A stretch of 24,000 nt of DNA from an uncultured Spirochaeta sp. (GTDB lineage Bacteria > Spirochaetota > Spirochaetia > DSM-27196 > DSM-8902), in the NCBI GenBank assembly GCA_964486425.1, contig CAZANF010000003.1:7121-31120 (forward strand). Direction: 5' to 3'. The notes under the pieces were generated by a model. That model saw only the letters and a list, made by a program, of their open reading frames with translations. It was not told the DNA's origin and did no database searches. A program made the translations under genes and the position numbers. Positions 16,504-23,743 of this stretch are shown here, piece after piece (the first letter of the stretch is position 1; each line of letters begins with the position of its first letter).

Positions 16504-18138
16504 TCAGTTTTTCCGGTAATGACATCCCATACTGCAGCGATTCTCCCACGCAGCTGTCGTAACAATAACCGCACTACGGACCGCATTGCGCAGACCAATA
16601 AGTGCGTCCGTAAGCAGCGCCGTGCGGTAAAAGCGTTCGATTTCCGTTTCAAGGTGACGCAATTCGCTGAGTGCTCGCTCCAGGCGACGCGAAGTGCGTT
16701 CCAGGCCGACATAATTCCACATAATGTGACGGATGGATGTCATATCTTGATGGATCAATGCCGGATCCGGATCCTCCGTCCCCAGGTTTGTCCACGGCGG
16801 AATCTCACGTTCCGGATAGATTTCCATACCAGCCTTTTCCATATGCTGCAGTATTCGCCGTCCGGCACGCTGGCCCCAGACTATACCTTCCAGCAAGGAG
16901 CTGCTTGCCAATCGATTCGCTCCGTGTACTCCGCTACAGGAGACTTCGCCGACTGCATACAGGTTCTGAATGGTGGTGTGTCCATCCAGGTCAACCCATA
17001 CGCCGCCACAGGAATAATGTGCCGCCGGAACAACCGGAACCGGTTCACGGGTTATATCCACCCCATACTGCAGACATTTGGAAAAAATAGTTGGAAACTC
17101 CTGCCGGATATCATCCGCTGAAATTGTGGAGGCGGCATCCAAAAAGACATTCTCCGCTCCGGACAATAGCATATGCTGGTGGATTCCCCTCGCTACTACA
17201 TCCCGCGGGGCAAGATCGCCCCATTCTTCGTGATATTTTCGCATAAAAGGCCGGCCGGATCCGTCCACCAGGCGGGCGCCGGCTCCTCGAACCGCTTCGG
17301 AAATCAGAAAATTGGGTGCATGGGGATGATGAAAGGTAGTCGGATGAAACTGGATAAACTCGCTATTGATTACCCTGGCTCCAGCCCGGTGCGCCATAGC
17401 AACACCATCACCACGCGCTCCGACCGGATTAGTCGTTCGCAGAAAGAGCTGTCCCAGTCCGCCGGTAGCAAGAACAGTGCTCTGTGCCAGACACCTGATT
17501 ACCTGCCGACTGCTTCTATCAAGCAAATAGGCTCCAACACAGCGGGTCGGCGCATAAATTGCTACCCTGTCGCGCGCATGGTGAGCGGGGGTCAGCAAAT
17601 CCACAGCCGTATGTCCTGATAACAGCCGTATCCGGGGATGCTTATGTAATGCGGCAATCATCGCTTGCTGAATCACGGCACCGGTCGAATCGGCAGCATG
17701 CAATATCCGTGGAGCCGAATGTGCCGCCTCGCGAATCAGCGACAGACTGCCGTCCTTTTCCCGATCAAACGGAACCTGCAGGCGCTCGAGCAATACCTGA
17801 TCAACCACCTCCGTCCCCGACTGAACGAGACTCTGCACTGCTTCCGCCAGACAATGCCCGTGTCCGGCATACAACATGTCCTGCACTGCCTTGTCGGGAG
17901 TATCTTCGCCCTCGCCACCTGCAGGATACATTATTCCGCCCTGAGCATAATTCGTATTGGATTCTGCCGGATCCTCAGCCCTGGTTACTACAATAACCTC
18001 AAGCCCCGAATCAGCAGCCTGCAAAGCGGCTGTTCCGCCCGCAATCCCGCACCCGATTACCAGCACATTAGTTGTTAACAAGTTATCCACAGCATCCTCT
18101 TCGGCTGTACAGACCTCCCGCTGCTCCTGGTTTCTCAT
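16504..18138 (-). CDS. nadB: L-aspartate oxidase
   Basis: 544 aa. It has the FAD motif VLVIGCGIAGGTAAL, plus FHPT and GGLGQLF regions typical of NadB and the succinate dehydrogenase flavoprotein family. It is in an operon with nadA and nadC. Confidence 0.93.
   Translation of the reverse strand: MRNQEQREVCTAEEDAVDNLLTTNVLVIGCGIAGGTAALQAADSGLEVIVVTRAEDPAESNTNYAQGGIMYPAGGEGEDTPDKAVQDMLYAGHGHCLAEAVQSLVQSGTEVVDQVLLERLQVPFDREKDGSLSLIREAAHSAPRILHAADSTGAVIQQAMIAALHKHPRIRLLSGHTAVDLLTPAHHARDRVAIYAPTRCVGAYLLDRSSRQVIRCLAQSTVLATGGLGQLFLRTTNPVGARGDGVAMAHRAGARVINSEFIQFHPTTFHHPHAPNFLISEAVRGAGARLVDGSGRPFMRKYHEEWGDLAPRDVVARGIHQHMLLSGAENVFLDAASTISADDIRQEFPTIFSKCLQYGVDITREPVPVVPAAHYSCGGVWVDLDGHTTIQNLYAVGEVSCSGVHGANRLASSSLLEGIVWGQRAGRRILQHMEKAGMEIYPEREIPPWTNLGTEDPDPALIHQDMTSIRHIMWNYVGLERTSRRLERALSELRHLETEIERFYRTALLTDALIGLRNAVRSAVIVTTAAWENRCSMGCHYRKN
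16773..16782 (-). repeat. GGGACGGAGG motif copy 16
   Basis: Exact copy in nadB, sense orientation. It encodes G-T-E-D. Confidence 0.95.
17808..17817 (-). repeat. GGGACGGAGG motif copy 17
   Basis: Exact copy in nadB, sense orientation. It encodes G-T-E-V. Confidence 0.95.
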
Positions 18139-19184
18139 CCAATCTGCAGCATTCGCTCAACAGCGGTATACGCCCGTTGCCGGATATTTTCCGGTATCTC
18201 AACAACATACCGGGTATTCCTTAAGGCGGCTAAGGTATCCTCCAGGGTAATCTCGTTCATATGCGGGCAGCGGACACTGCATAACCGCAGCATCTCCCGA
18301 TCAGGGTTGTCTGCTGCCACATTGTCCCCCATTGCACACTCTGTCAGTAAAAGATACCGGGGAGCATTCATTTCGCGAACATAGCGTATCATGGCGGTAG
18401 TGCTCCCGGCAAAATCGGAGGCCGCGACAACCTCGGGACTGCATTCAGGGTGAGCAAGGATTACCGTACCAGGGAAATCCCTGCGGATATTTTCGATATC
18501 CTGTACGGTAAACTTCTCATGCACCTCACAGCGGCCGCTCCAGCCGATCATCTGATAATCCAGTCCCGGGGTCTGTCCCCCATTCACTCCTGCCACTGGT
18601 GACTTCGTCGGAAACACAATATGTTTGCCGGTTTCCTTCGCCACATTCCCGGCCAGATATTCATCCGGCAGAAAAATGACTGTATCGGTCCCCAACGATT
18701 CAACTACTGCCGCGGCATTGCCCGAGGTACAGCAGATATCCGATTCTGCTTTGACATCCGCATAGGTGTTAATATAGGTAACCACCGGTACTCCGGGATA
18801 CCGCGCCTTCAGCGTGCGTACATCTGCAGCTGTGATGCTCTCCGCTAACGAACAGCCGGCCTTTGATGAGGGAACCAGGACGGTTTTTTCGGGACTGAGG
18901 ATCTTCGCGGTTTCAGCCATAAACCGGACACCGCAGAATACTATCATGTCCTTATCCGTCTCCGCCGCCCGCCGGCTCAATTCCAGCGAATCCCCGGTGA
19001 AATCAGGGATGGAATGAAACAGTGCAGCCTCCATGTAATTATGTCCCAGGATAACTGCATTCCTCTGCCGCTTCAGCTGCTCAATGGCGACTGCGGTTTC
19101 CGCCTTCAGCCGAATTTCAAAATCCGGCATCGTATTCCGCAGGCGGTTGGAAAGCTTGCTGTACATCTGTTCAACGCTGTTCAC
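18135..19184 (-). CDS. nadA: quinolinate synthase
   Basis: 349 aa. It shows AVILGHNYM, VTYINT and ILAHPEC, and its conserved Cys residues are consistent with a 4Fe-4S cluster. It overlaps both neighbours by 4 nt. Confidence 0.93.
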   Translation of the reverse strand: MNSVEQMYSKLSNRLRNTMPDFEIRLKAETAVAIEQLKRQRNAVILGHNYMEAALFHSIPDFTGDSLELSRRAAETDKDMIVFCGVRFMAETAKILSPEKTVLVPSSKAGCSLAESITAADVRTLKARYPGVPVVTYINTYADVKAESDICCTSGNAAAVVESLGTDTVIFLPDEYLAGNVAKETGKHIVFPTKSPVAGVNGGQTPGLDYQMIGWSGRCEVHEKFTVQDIENIRRDFPGTVILAHPECSPEVVAASDFAGSTTAMIRYVREMNAPRYLLLTECAMGDNVAADNPDREMLRLCSVRCPHMNEITLEDTLAALRNTRYVVEIPENIRQRAYTAVERMLQIG

Positions 19185-20071
19185 AGGGCGTCTCCTTCTT
19201 GTTCCACCATATCCAAATGAATATCCAACGCCGCAACCGAATGTGTCAAACGCCCGACAGAGATAAAATCTACCCCGGTAGCGGCAATATCACGCACCGT
19301 TTTCAGCGTCACATTGCCCGATGCCTCCAGGAGCAGCCGTCCATCCGATGCTGCAACACAGTCACGCAGCTCAACCAGACTCATGTTGTCCAGCAATACG
19401 CGATCAATTTCCATTTCCATGCCCAGGCCGAGTACCTCATGCAGTCCCTCAACCGAAACAACCTCGATCTCCACCGGCAGTTGTGCCGTATTCGCTCGCT
19501 GCACCCGCGTGACAGCCGCGGTAATCCCACCGGCAGCCGCGATATGATTATCCTTAATCATTATCATATCAAACAATCCGCACCGATGGTTTACCCCGCC
19601 GCCCAGCTGTACCGCGAGTTTATCAAGTACCCGATGTCCCGGAACCGTCTTGCGGGTATCCAGTATCCGCACCCCCGTCCCTTCTACTTCCTGTACATAT
19701 CTTCGGGTTTCCGTCGCTATACCCGACATGCGCTGCAGAAAGGTCAGGGCGGTACGCTCAGCAGTCAGGACAGATTGGGCCGGACCTCGTATAACCGCAA
19801 CCTCCGTCCCCGCCACGACCTCCGTCCCTTCTTCTGCCAGGAGCTCACACTCGATACCGGGGTCAATTTTCGCAAAAACCCGCTGCATTATGGCCAGCCC
19901 TGCGATTATCCCGGCCTGTTTTGCCCTGCAGACAAAACTCATCTGCAGTTCAGGATGAATAATCGCCCGGCTGGTTACATCTCCCGGCCCCACATCCTCG
20001 GTGATTGCCAGATCAATAATGGCTTCTATTAATTCCCGTTCGCGTACATTCACGTTGGTCCTCTTTTGCAT
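19181..20071 (-). CDS. nadC: nicotinate-nucleotide diphosphorylase (carboxylating)
   Basis: 296 aa. It shows EDVGPGDVTS, TERTALTFLQ, ILDTRKT, IMIKDNHI and LLDNM. Confidence 0.93.
   Translation of the reverse strand: MQKRTNVNVRERELIEAIIDLAITEDVGPGDVTSRAIIHPELQMSFVCRAKQAGIIAGLAIMQRVFAKIDPGIECELLAEEGTEVVAGTEVAVIRGPAQSVLTAERTALTFLQRMSGIATETRRYVQEVEGTGVRILDTRKTVPGHRVLDKLAVQLGGGVNHRCGLFDMIMIKDNHIAAAGGITAAVTRVQRANTAQLPVEIEVVSVEGLHEVLGLGMEMEIDRVLLDNMSLVELRDCVAASDGRLLLEASGNVTLKTVRDIAATGVDFISVGRLTHSVAALDIHLDMVEQEGDAL
19801..19810 (-). repeat. GGGACGGAGG motif copy 18
   Basis: Exact copy in nadC, sense orientation. It encodes G-T-E-V. Confidence 0.95.
19819..19828 (-). repeat. GGGACGGAGG motif copy 19
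   Basis: Exact copy in nadC, sense orientation, 18 bp from copy 18. It encodes G-T-E-V. Confidence 0.95.
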
Positions 20072-20087
20072 GACTCAAATATGGTTC

Positions 20088-20117
20088 TGTATACCTTACT
20101 ACACTGCAATCACTCAA
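20088..20117 (-). promoter_or_regulatory. candidate promoter of the nadCAB operon
   Basis: On the minus strand: TTGAGT (20117-20112), an 18-nt spacer, then TATACA (20093-20088), about 17 nt upstream of the nadC ATG. Confidence 0.3.
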
Positions 20118-20209
20118 GTAGGAGGTAAGCCGCAGCAGCAACCCTTCCTGCTTCCAGATACACATCCTCTGCTTGCCCCTGCTTTGACTTTGCCCTACAT
20201 TATTCCAAT

Positions 20210-21322
20210 ATGCTGTATCAAACAAAAGCTCCAGACATCAAGTTTCACACCATTCCACATCGCACCGCTTTTACGGTTTTTATGATCACACTCGCTATTA
20301 TAGTTCCTTCAAATACGACCTTCCCCCAGCCGCAGCAGGATACCAGCCCCGGCCAGGAAAACCCGGGCAGTCCGGAAAAATTCCTTCCATCTGCAGAAAA
20401 TGATGAAGCACCCGTGAACCTTACTCCTGCCGCAAACACAGACTCCGGAACTGCCGGGACCCTGCCCGAGGCCGAGCATGAACTCAGTCGAGCTCCATCC
20501 CCACTCGATATCGTAAACGCGCTGCACTCCGCCTATCCTCACCGCATCCAGGAGGTGACCCTGCGTGACGACGATTATGCACTGCGGATCGATGATCAAT
20601 GGATCTACTTTGCACACTCCCGGTTTCTGCCCGAGGATCTTCGTCACCAGTGGGAGGACTATGACCCCATTACCTTTTATTCATACCCCCGCGAACTGCC
20701 CCGATTTCAACCTCCCGGCCCGGAAGAACAGCAGCGCTTTGAACGCATAGTGGAGGAGAGGCGTACAAATCCGCCGCGACGCCACCCCGGACTCTACAAC
20801 GCCATTTGGCGGGCCGCCGATAAAGCAAGTTCGTATGCACAGGTTAAAACTATCTATTTTCTCGGATTACAGACCTTGGCACATCGCGATCTGCTCTCGG
20901 TAATGGCGGCAGTCGAAGCAGAAATCCACACTGTCGCTGAAGACAACCCTGAGGTAGCAGCCTTTATCGACGGCCTTGCCGGCATAGAGGGGTACAGCTT
21001 TCGCCGCATCGCAGAAACCTCTTCATTGAGTTTCCATTCATATGGCACCGCCGTCGATCTTGTCCCGACATCATACAACGGCCAATCACCCTACTGGCTG
21101 TGGGCCAGCCGCTGGAATGCGAACTGGTATCTCATGTCGTATGAAGAACGCTATATGCTGCCTTTGCCTGTGGTAGAAATCTTCGAGCGTCATGGATTTA
21201 TTTGGGGAGGAAAATGGCGCCTGTTCGACACCATACATTTTGAATACCGGCCGGAAATCCTCATTCTGAACGGCTTTACAGTCGACACCCCCGCCGTCCA
21301 CAACCATCGCTTTTCCCACTAA
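20210..21322 (+). CDS. secreted or membrane-anchored M15 family peptidase (VanY / D-Ala-D-Ala carboxypeptidase-like)
   Basis: 370 aa. It has an N-terminal signal/anchor (TAFTVFMITLAIIV), a Pro/Gln-rich linker, and C-terminal SFHSYGTAVDL...GFIWGGKW...DTIHFEY, matching the H-x6-D...H zinc motif arrangement of M15. Confidence 0.75.
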   Translation: MLYQTKAPDIKFHTIPHRTAFTVFMITLAIIVPSNTTFPQPQQDTSPGQENPGSPEKFLPSAENDEAPVNLTPAANTDSGTAGTLPEAEHELSRAPSPLDIVNALHSAYPHRIQEVTLRDDDYALRIDDQWIYFAHSRFLPEDLRHQWEDYDPITFYSYPRELPRFQPPGPEEQQRFERIVEERRTNPPRRHPGLYNAIWRAADKASSYAQVKTIYFLGLQTLAHRDLLSVMAAVEAEIHTVAEDNPEVAAFIDGLAGIEGYSFRRIAETSSLSFHSYGTAVDLVPTSYNGQSPYWLWASRWNANWYLMSYEERYMLPLPVVEIFERHGFIWGGKWRLFDTIHFEYRPEILILNGFTVDTPAVHNHRFSH

Positions 21323-21398
21323 CCCGGGCGCCTCGATCCCTCCGGGCCCGACCGGGCTCTCCGCTCCAACTCCTCATACGCTGCACCCGTGTACAGTA

Positions 21399-21424
21399 AG
21401 CTCATGCCGCAAACGGCATGAGCT
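21399..21424. terminator. perfect 11-bp hairpin between convergent genes; possible bidirectional terminator
   Basis: AGCTCATGCCG-CAAA-CGGCATGAGCT. It sits in the 204-bp GC-rich gap between the M15 peptidase stop and the 529-aa gene stop. Neither side has a clear U-tract. Confidence 0.4.
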
Positions 21425-21526
21425 CACCCAGCCGAGGCAGATCCTGCCGTCCCTTCCGGCTCGCTTCCGCTCCGCCGGTGACGGCAGGCGCGTACTGCGG
21501 GGTTTCCGCTGCGATCCCTGGCGCAG

Positions 21527-23116
21527 TTATTCATTGGAATCGAACACCACCTCCCCGGTCCGGTAGCGCTCAAGGTCAATGCTGTCACGATATCGTTCTA
21601 CATCCTGCAGCTGCCGGCGAAGCTCGGTAAAACGATACTGATAGCCTTCACCGTCGGCTCCCGTGGCAGTAAATCCAGGTTCACCGGCATCCATCGGCAC
21701 CTCCGTCCCCACGTCGGCATGCTGTTCTGCGGCCAGCTCCTCGAACGCGCTCAGCAATGCCGTTTTCTCGCGGGAATTATCCGCACTATGCACAATATCC
21801 TGTGCGTCCACCACCTCCGTCCCCGAAGATACGGTATTCAGCACTTCCTGAAATACCGCTCGACGTGCATTGCGGGATTTGATCGAGGCATTGCGGGCTT
21901 TCAGGCGCCGGCTGCGGATAAGGGGTATCAGGTAGAACAGCAGAGAAAAGAGCAGCGGGACAAAACCCAGCCCGATCAGGACCACCGTAAAGGGAGCGGC
22001 AAGGATTTCCGCGGCCATTGTAACAACTATTGAGTAAAACAGGCCGAAACCTTCCTCAGGCAGCCCGCCCATAAATCCAAATACCGTGAAGTAGCTGCCG
22101 AATCCGAGATTTACTCCGTTCAGGACTGCAATCCATCTGTTCAAGGCCGGGGTATTGGTATTGAACGGAATGGTCGGCATTTCAGGAAGGAGTTTGCCCA
22201 GGCTGCCGCCGCGGCGGTCGGATGGCTGGGCGGTTCGCAGCAGTTCCGGGAAACGGTAGATAAGGCTGCCGGCTTCAGTAACATCGGGTTCACCATCATA
22301 TTCCAGCATCATGCTGTTCATCAGGTCCTGAGCGTCGTCGAGTGACCTTCCGGTAAGCGCGCGCAGCTCTTCAAGGGTCACCACTCCTTTATGGGTCTGC
22401 ACCAGCTGAATAAAGGCCTGTCGTTCCCTGGTTTCCCATTCCTTCGTCGGATCCTCGGATCCGAACACAAACGCAAATACGGATTGATGCAGCGGTGGTC
22501 CGTCACCCTGGCTCCGCATTTTTCGAAAACTCATTTCCTCCACATGCATGCGTCCCTGGGGGGACATGCGATTGCCATAGGCTCCGTACTGATTACGTCG
22601 TCCACTAAACATCCAGAGGAAGATTATCTGCTGGACAAGCCTGGTCAGCATGTAGGTTCCGCCAAGTCCGCCTCTGCCTCGAGATCTGCCTTCCGATTTT
22701 GCACTGGCGGCTGCGGATGCCAGCAGTGCCGCGATCACCAGCGCGATAAACAGAACGAAGTAACCAACCAGCATGAGCATGATCCATACTTTAAACAGCA
22801 CCCTGCCGACCGCTGCTGCACCACGGGCAAAGCGTCGCAGGCCGCGCTGGATACGTGCCTTTGTACTTCGTTCACGGTGGTGCACCCCATGCGGAAAGTA
22901 ATACAGTATTTCCCCGGACTCCGTTACCCGCAGATGCCCGCGGTAATCCTGCACAATTCTCGGGAGCATCTCTTCTATCTGCAGGCGAGGCAGGCTTGTC
23001 GCTCCGATCAGATCGGCAACGGTTGCCTCACTCCCTCTTTTGCGAAAGGCCTGTACCAGCCTGGTCTCTACCTTCCGTTCGTTATAGCTATAGATCGGCT
23101 TGTTCATACATATCAC
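21527..23116 (-). CDS. hypothetical multi-pass membrane protein with three repeated winged-helix-like modules
   Basis: 529-aa ORF with coding-like composition. It has about 5 hydrophobic helices. An internal repeat ends VTESGEILYYFP / VTEAGSLIYRFP / GEGYQYRFTEL. I recognise no family. The track start is GTG 23116. ATG 23107 is more plausible, with GAGGT 12 nt upstream. Confidence 0.7.
   Translation of the reverse strand: MICMNKPIYSYNERKVETRLVQAFRKRGSEATVADLIGATSLPRLQIEEMLPRIVQDYRGHLRVTESGEILYYFPHGVHHRERSTKARIQRGLRRFARGAAAVGRVLFKVWIMLMLVGYFVLFIALVIAALLASAAASAKSEGRSRGRGGLGGTYMLTRLVQQIIFLWMFSGRRNQYGAYGNRMSPQGRMHVEEMSFRKMRSQGDGPPLHQSVFAFVFGSEDPTKEWETRERQAFIQLVQTHKGVVTLEELRALTGRSLDDAQDLMNSMMLEYDGEPDVTEAGSLIYRFPELLRTAQPSDRRGGSLGKLLPEMPTIPFNTNTPALNRWIAVLNGVNLGFGSYFTVFGFMGGLPEEGFGLFYSIVVTMAAEILAAPFTVVLIGLGFVPLLFSLLFYLIPLIRSRRLKARNASIKSRNARRAVFQEVLNTVSSGTEVVDAQDIVHSADNSREKTALLSAFEELAAEQHADVGTEVPMDAGEPGFTATGADGEGYQYRFTELRRQLQDVERYRDSIDLERYRTGEVVFDSNE
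21700..21709 (-). repeat. GGGACGGAGG motif copy 20
   Basis: Exact copy in the 529-aa gene, sense orientation. It encodes G-T-E-V. Confidence 0.95.
21814..21823 (-). repeat. GGGACGGAGG motif copy 21
   Basis: Exact copy in the 529-aa gene, sense orientation. It encodes G-T-E-V. Confidence 0.95.
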
Positions 23117-23185
23117 TCTACCTCAGCATGCCCGGTTCGACAATCCACGCATGCGACGCTCCATTCTGAATTCACCGCCAACCCT

Positions 23186-23215
23186 TTGACGAGAATCCTT
23201 AGAGTACGATATAAT
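23186..23215 (+). promoter_or_regulatory. near-consensus sigma-70-type promoter for ectAB
   Basis: TTGACG (23186-23191), an 18-nt spacer, then TATAAT (23210-23215). The ectA ATG is only 10 nt after the -10 hexamer and has no SD. Confidence 0.45.
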
Positions 23216-23224
23216 TATGCAGAT

Positions 23225-23743
23225 ATGAAATTTCAGCATCCAACAGCACAAGATGGAGCCGCCATCTGGACGATTGTTCGAGATTCAGGGGTACTGGATC
23301 TGAACTCAAGCTACTGCTACCTCATGATGGGTCAGTACTTCAGTCGATCCTGTATCATCGCCCGCGATGAAGCAACCGGCTCAGTAGCCGGGTTCATCAT
23401 CGGATTCCGTCCCCCTGAAGACCAGCAAACCCTGTTTGTGTGGCAGGTAGCCGTAAGCCGGGACTTTCAGGGACAAGGAATTGCGACTCGCATGCTCATG
23501 CATCTGCTTGCAAGCCAGCCGCAAGATGAAGTCCGCTTTATTGAAGCCACCATCTCGCCGTCAAATACCGCCAGTCAGGCGCTCTTTATCGGTGCTGCCG
23601 GAAAACTTGCTGCCGAATACTCGGTAGCAGATCTCTTTCCCGCTGAGTGGTTTCCCGGCGGGGGAGTCCATGAGCCGGAGCAACGTTATCGCATCGGCCC
23701 ATTCACCACTATTCCCGAATCAGTTCTAGGAGGACATAAATGA
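23225..23743 (+). CDS. ectA: L-2,4-diaminobutyrate acetyltransferase
   Basis: 172 aa. [35 protein letters not shown]...[18 protein letters not shown] is typical of the EctA GNAT family. The 450-aa track ORF starting at 22391 is an upstream read-through antisense to the neighbouring gene. Confidence 0.88.
   Translation: MKFQHPTAQDGAAIWTIVRDSGVLDLNSSYCYLMMGQYFSRSCIIARDEATGSVAGFIIGFRPPEDQQTLFVWQVAVSRDFQGQGIATRMLMHLLASQPQDEVRFIEATISPSNTASQALFIGAAGKLAAEYSVADLFPAEWFPGGGVHEPEQRYRIGPFTTIPESVLGGHK

Noticed and set aside
16519-18078. Several 117-200-aa plus-strand ORFs (16519-17121, 16737-17090, 17173-17619, 17559-17996, 17665-18078).
   Set aside because: All are antisense to nadB and overlap each other in different frames. 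This is typical of shadow ORFs in a GC-richer gene.
19199-20032. A 277-aa plus-strand ORF.
   Set aside because: It is entirely antisense to nadC, whose product is unmistakable. It is a shadow ORF with a low-complexity, Arg/Gln/His-rich translation.
21418-21630. A 70-aa plus-strand ORF in the GC-rich intergenic region.
   Set aside because: It overlaps the 3' end of the 529-aa gene on the opposite strand. Its translation is Ala/Pro/Gly/Arg-rich, as expected from GC-rich non-coding sequence, and it has no RBS.
596-21823. The 21 identical 10-mers read as a CRISPR array or other tandem array.
   Set aside because: Spacing is irregular, from 18 bp to 2.7 kb. The copies are only 10-12 nt long. Most lie inside well-supported coding genes, and no cas genes are present.
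23125-23160. A tRNA-like T-loop string, GGTTCGACAATCC, flanked by GCATGC repeats.
   Set aside because: The flanking bases cannot form a T-stem. No acceptor or anticodon arms can be drawn. The 108-bp intergenic space is better explained as the divergent promoter region.
22391-23224. The 5' 834 nt of the 450-aa plus-strand ORF in the track.
   Set aside because: This part is antisense to the 529-aa membrane protein gene and has no recognisable protein features. EctA homology begins exactly at the internal ATG 23225, which is preceded by a promoter-like sequence.
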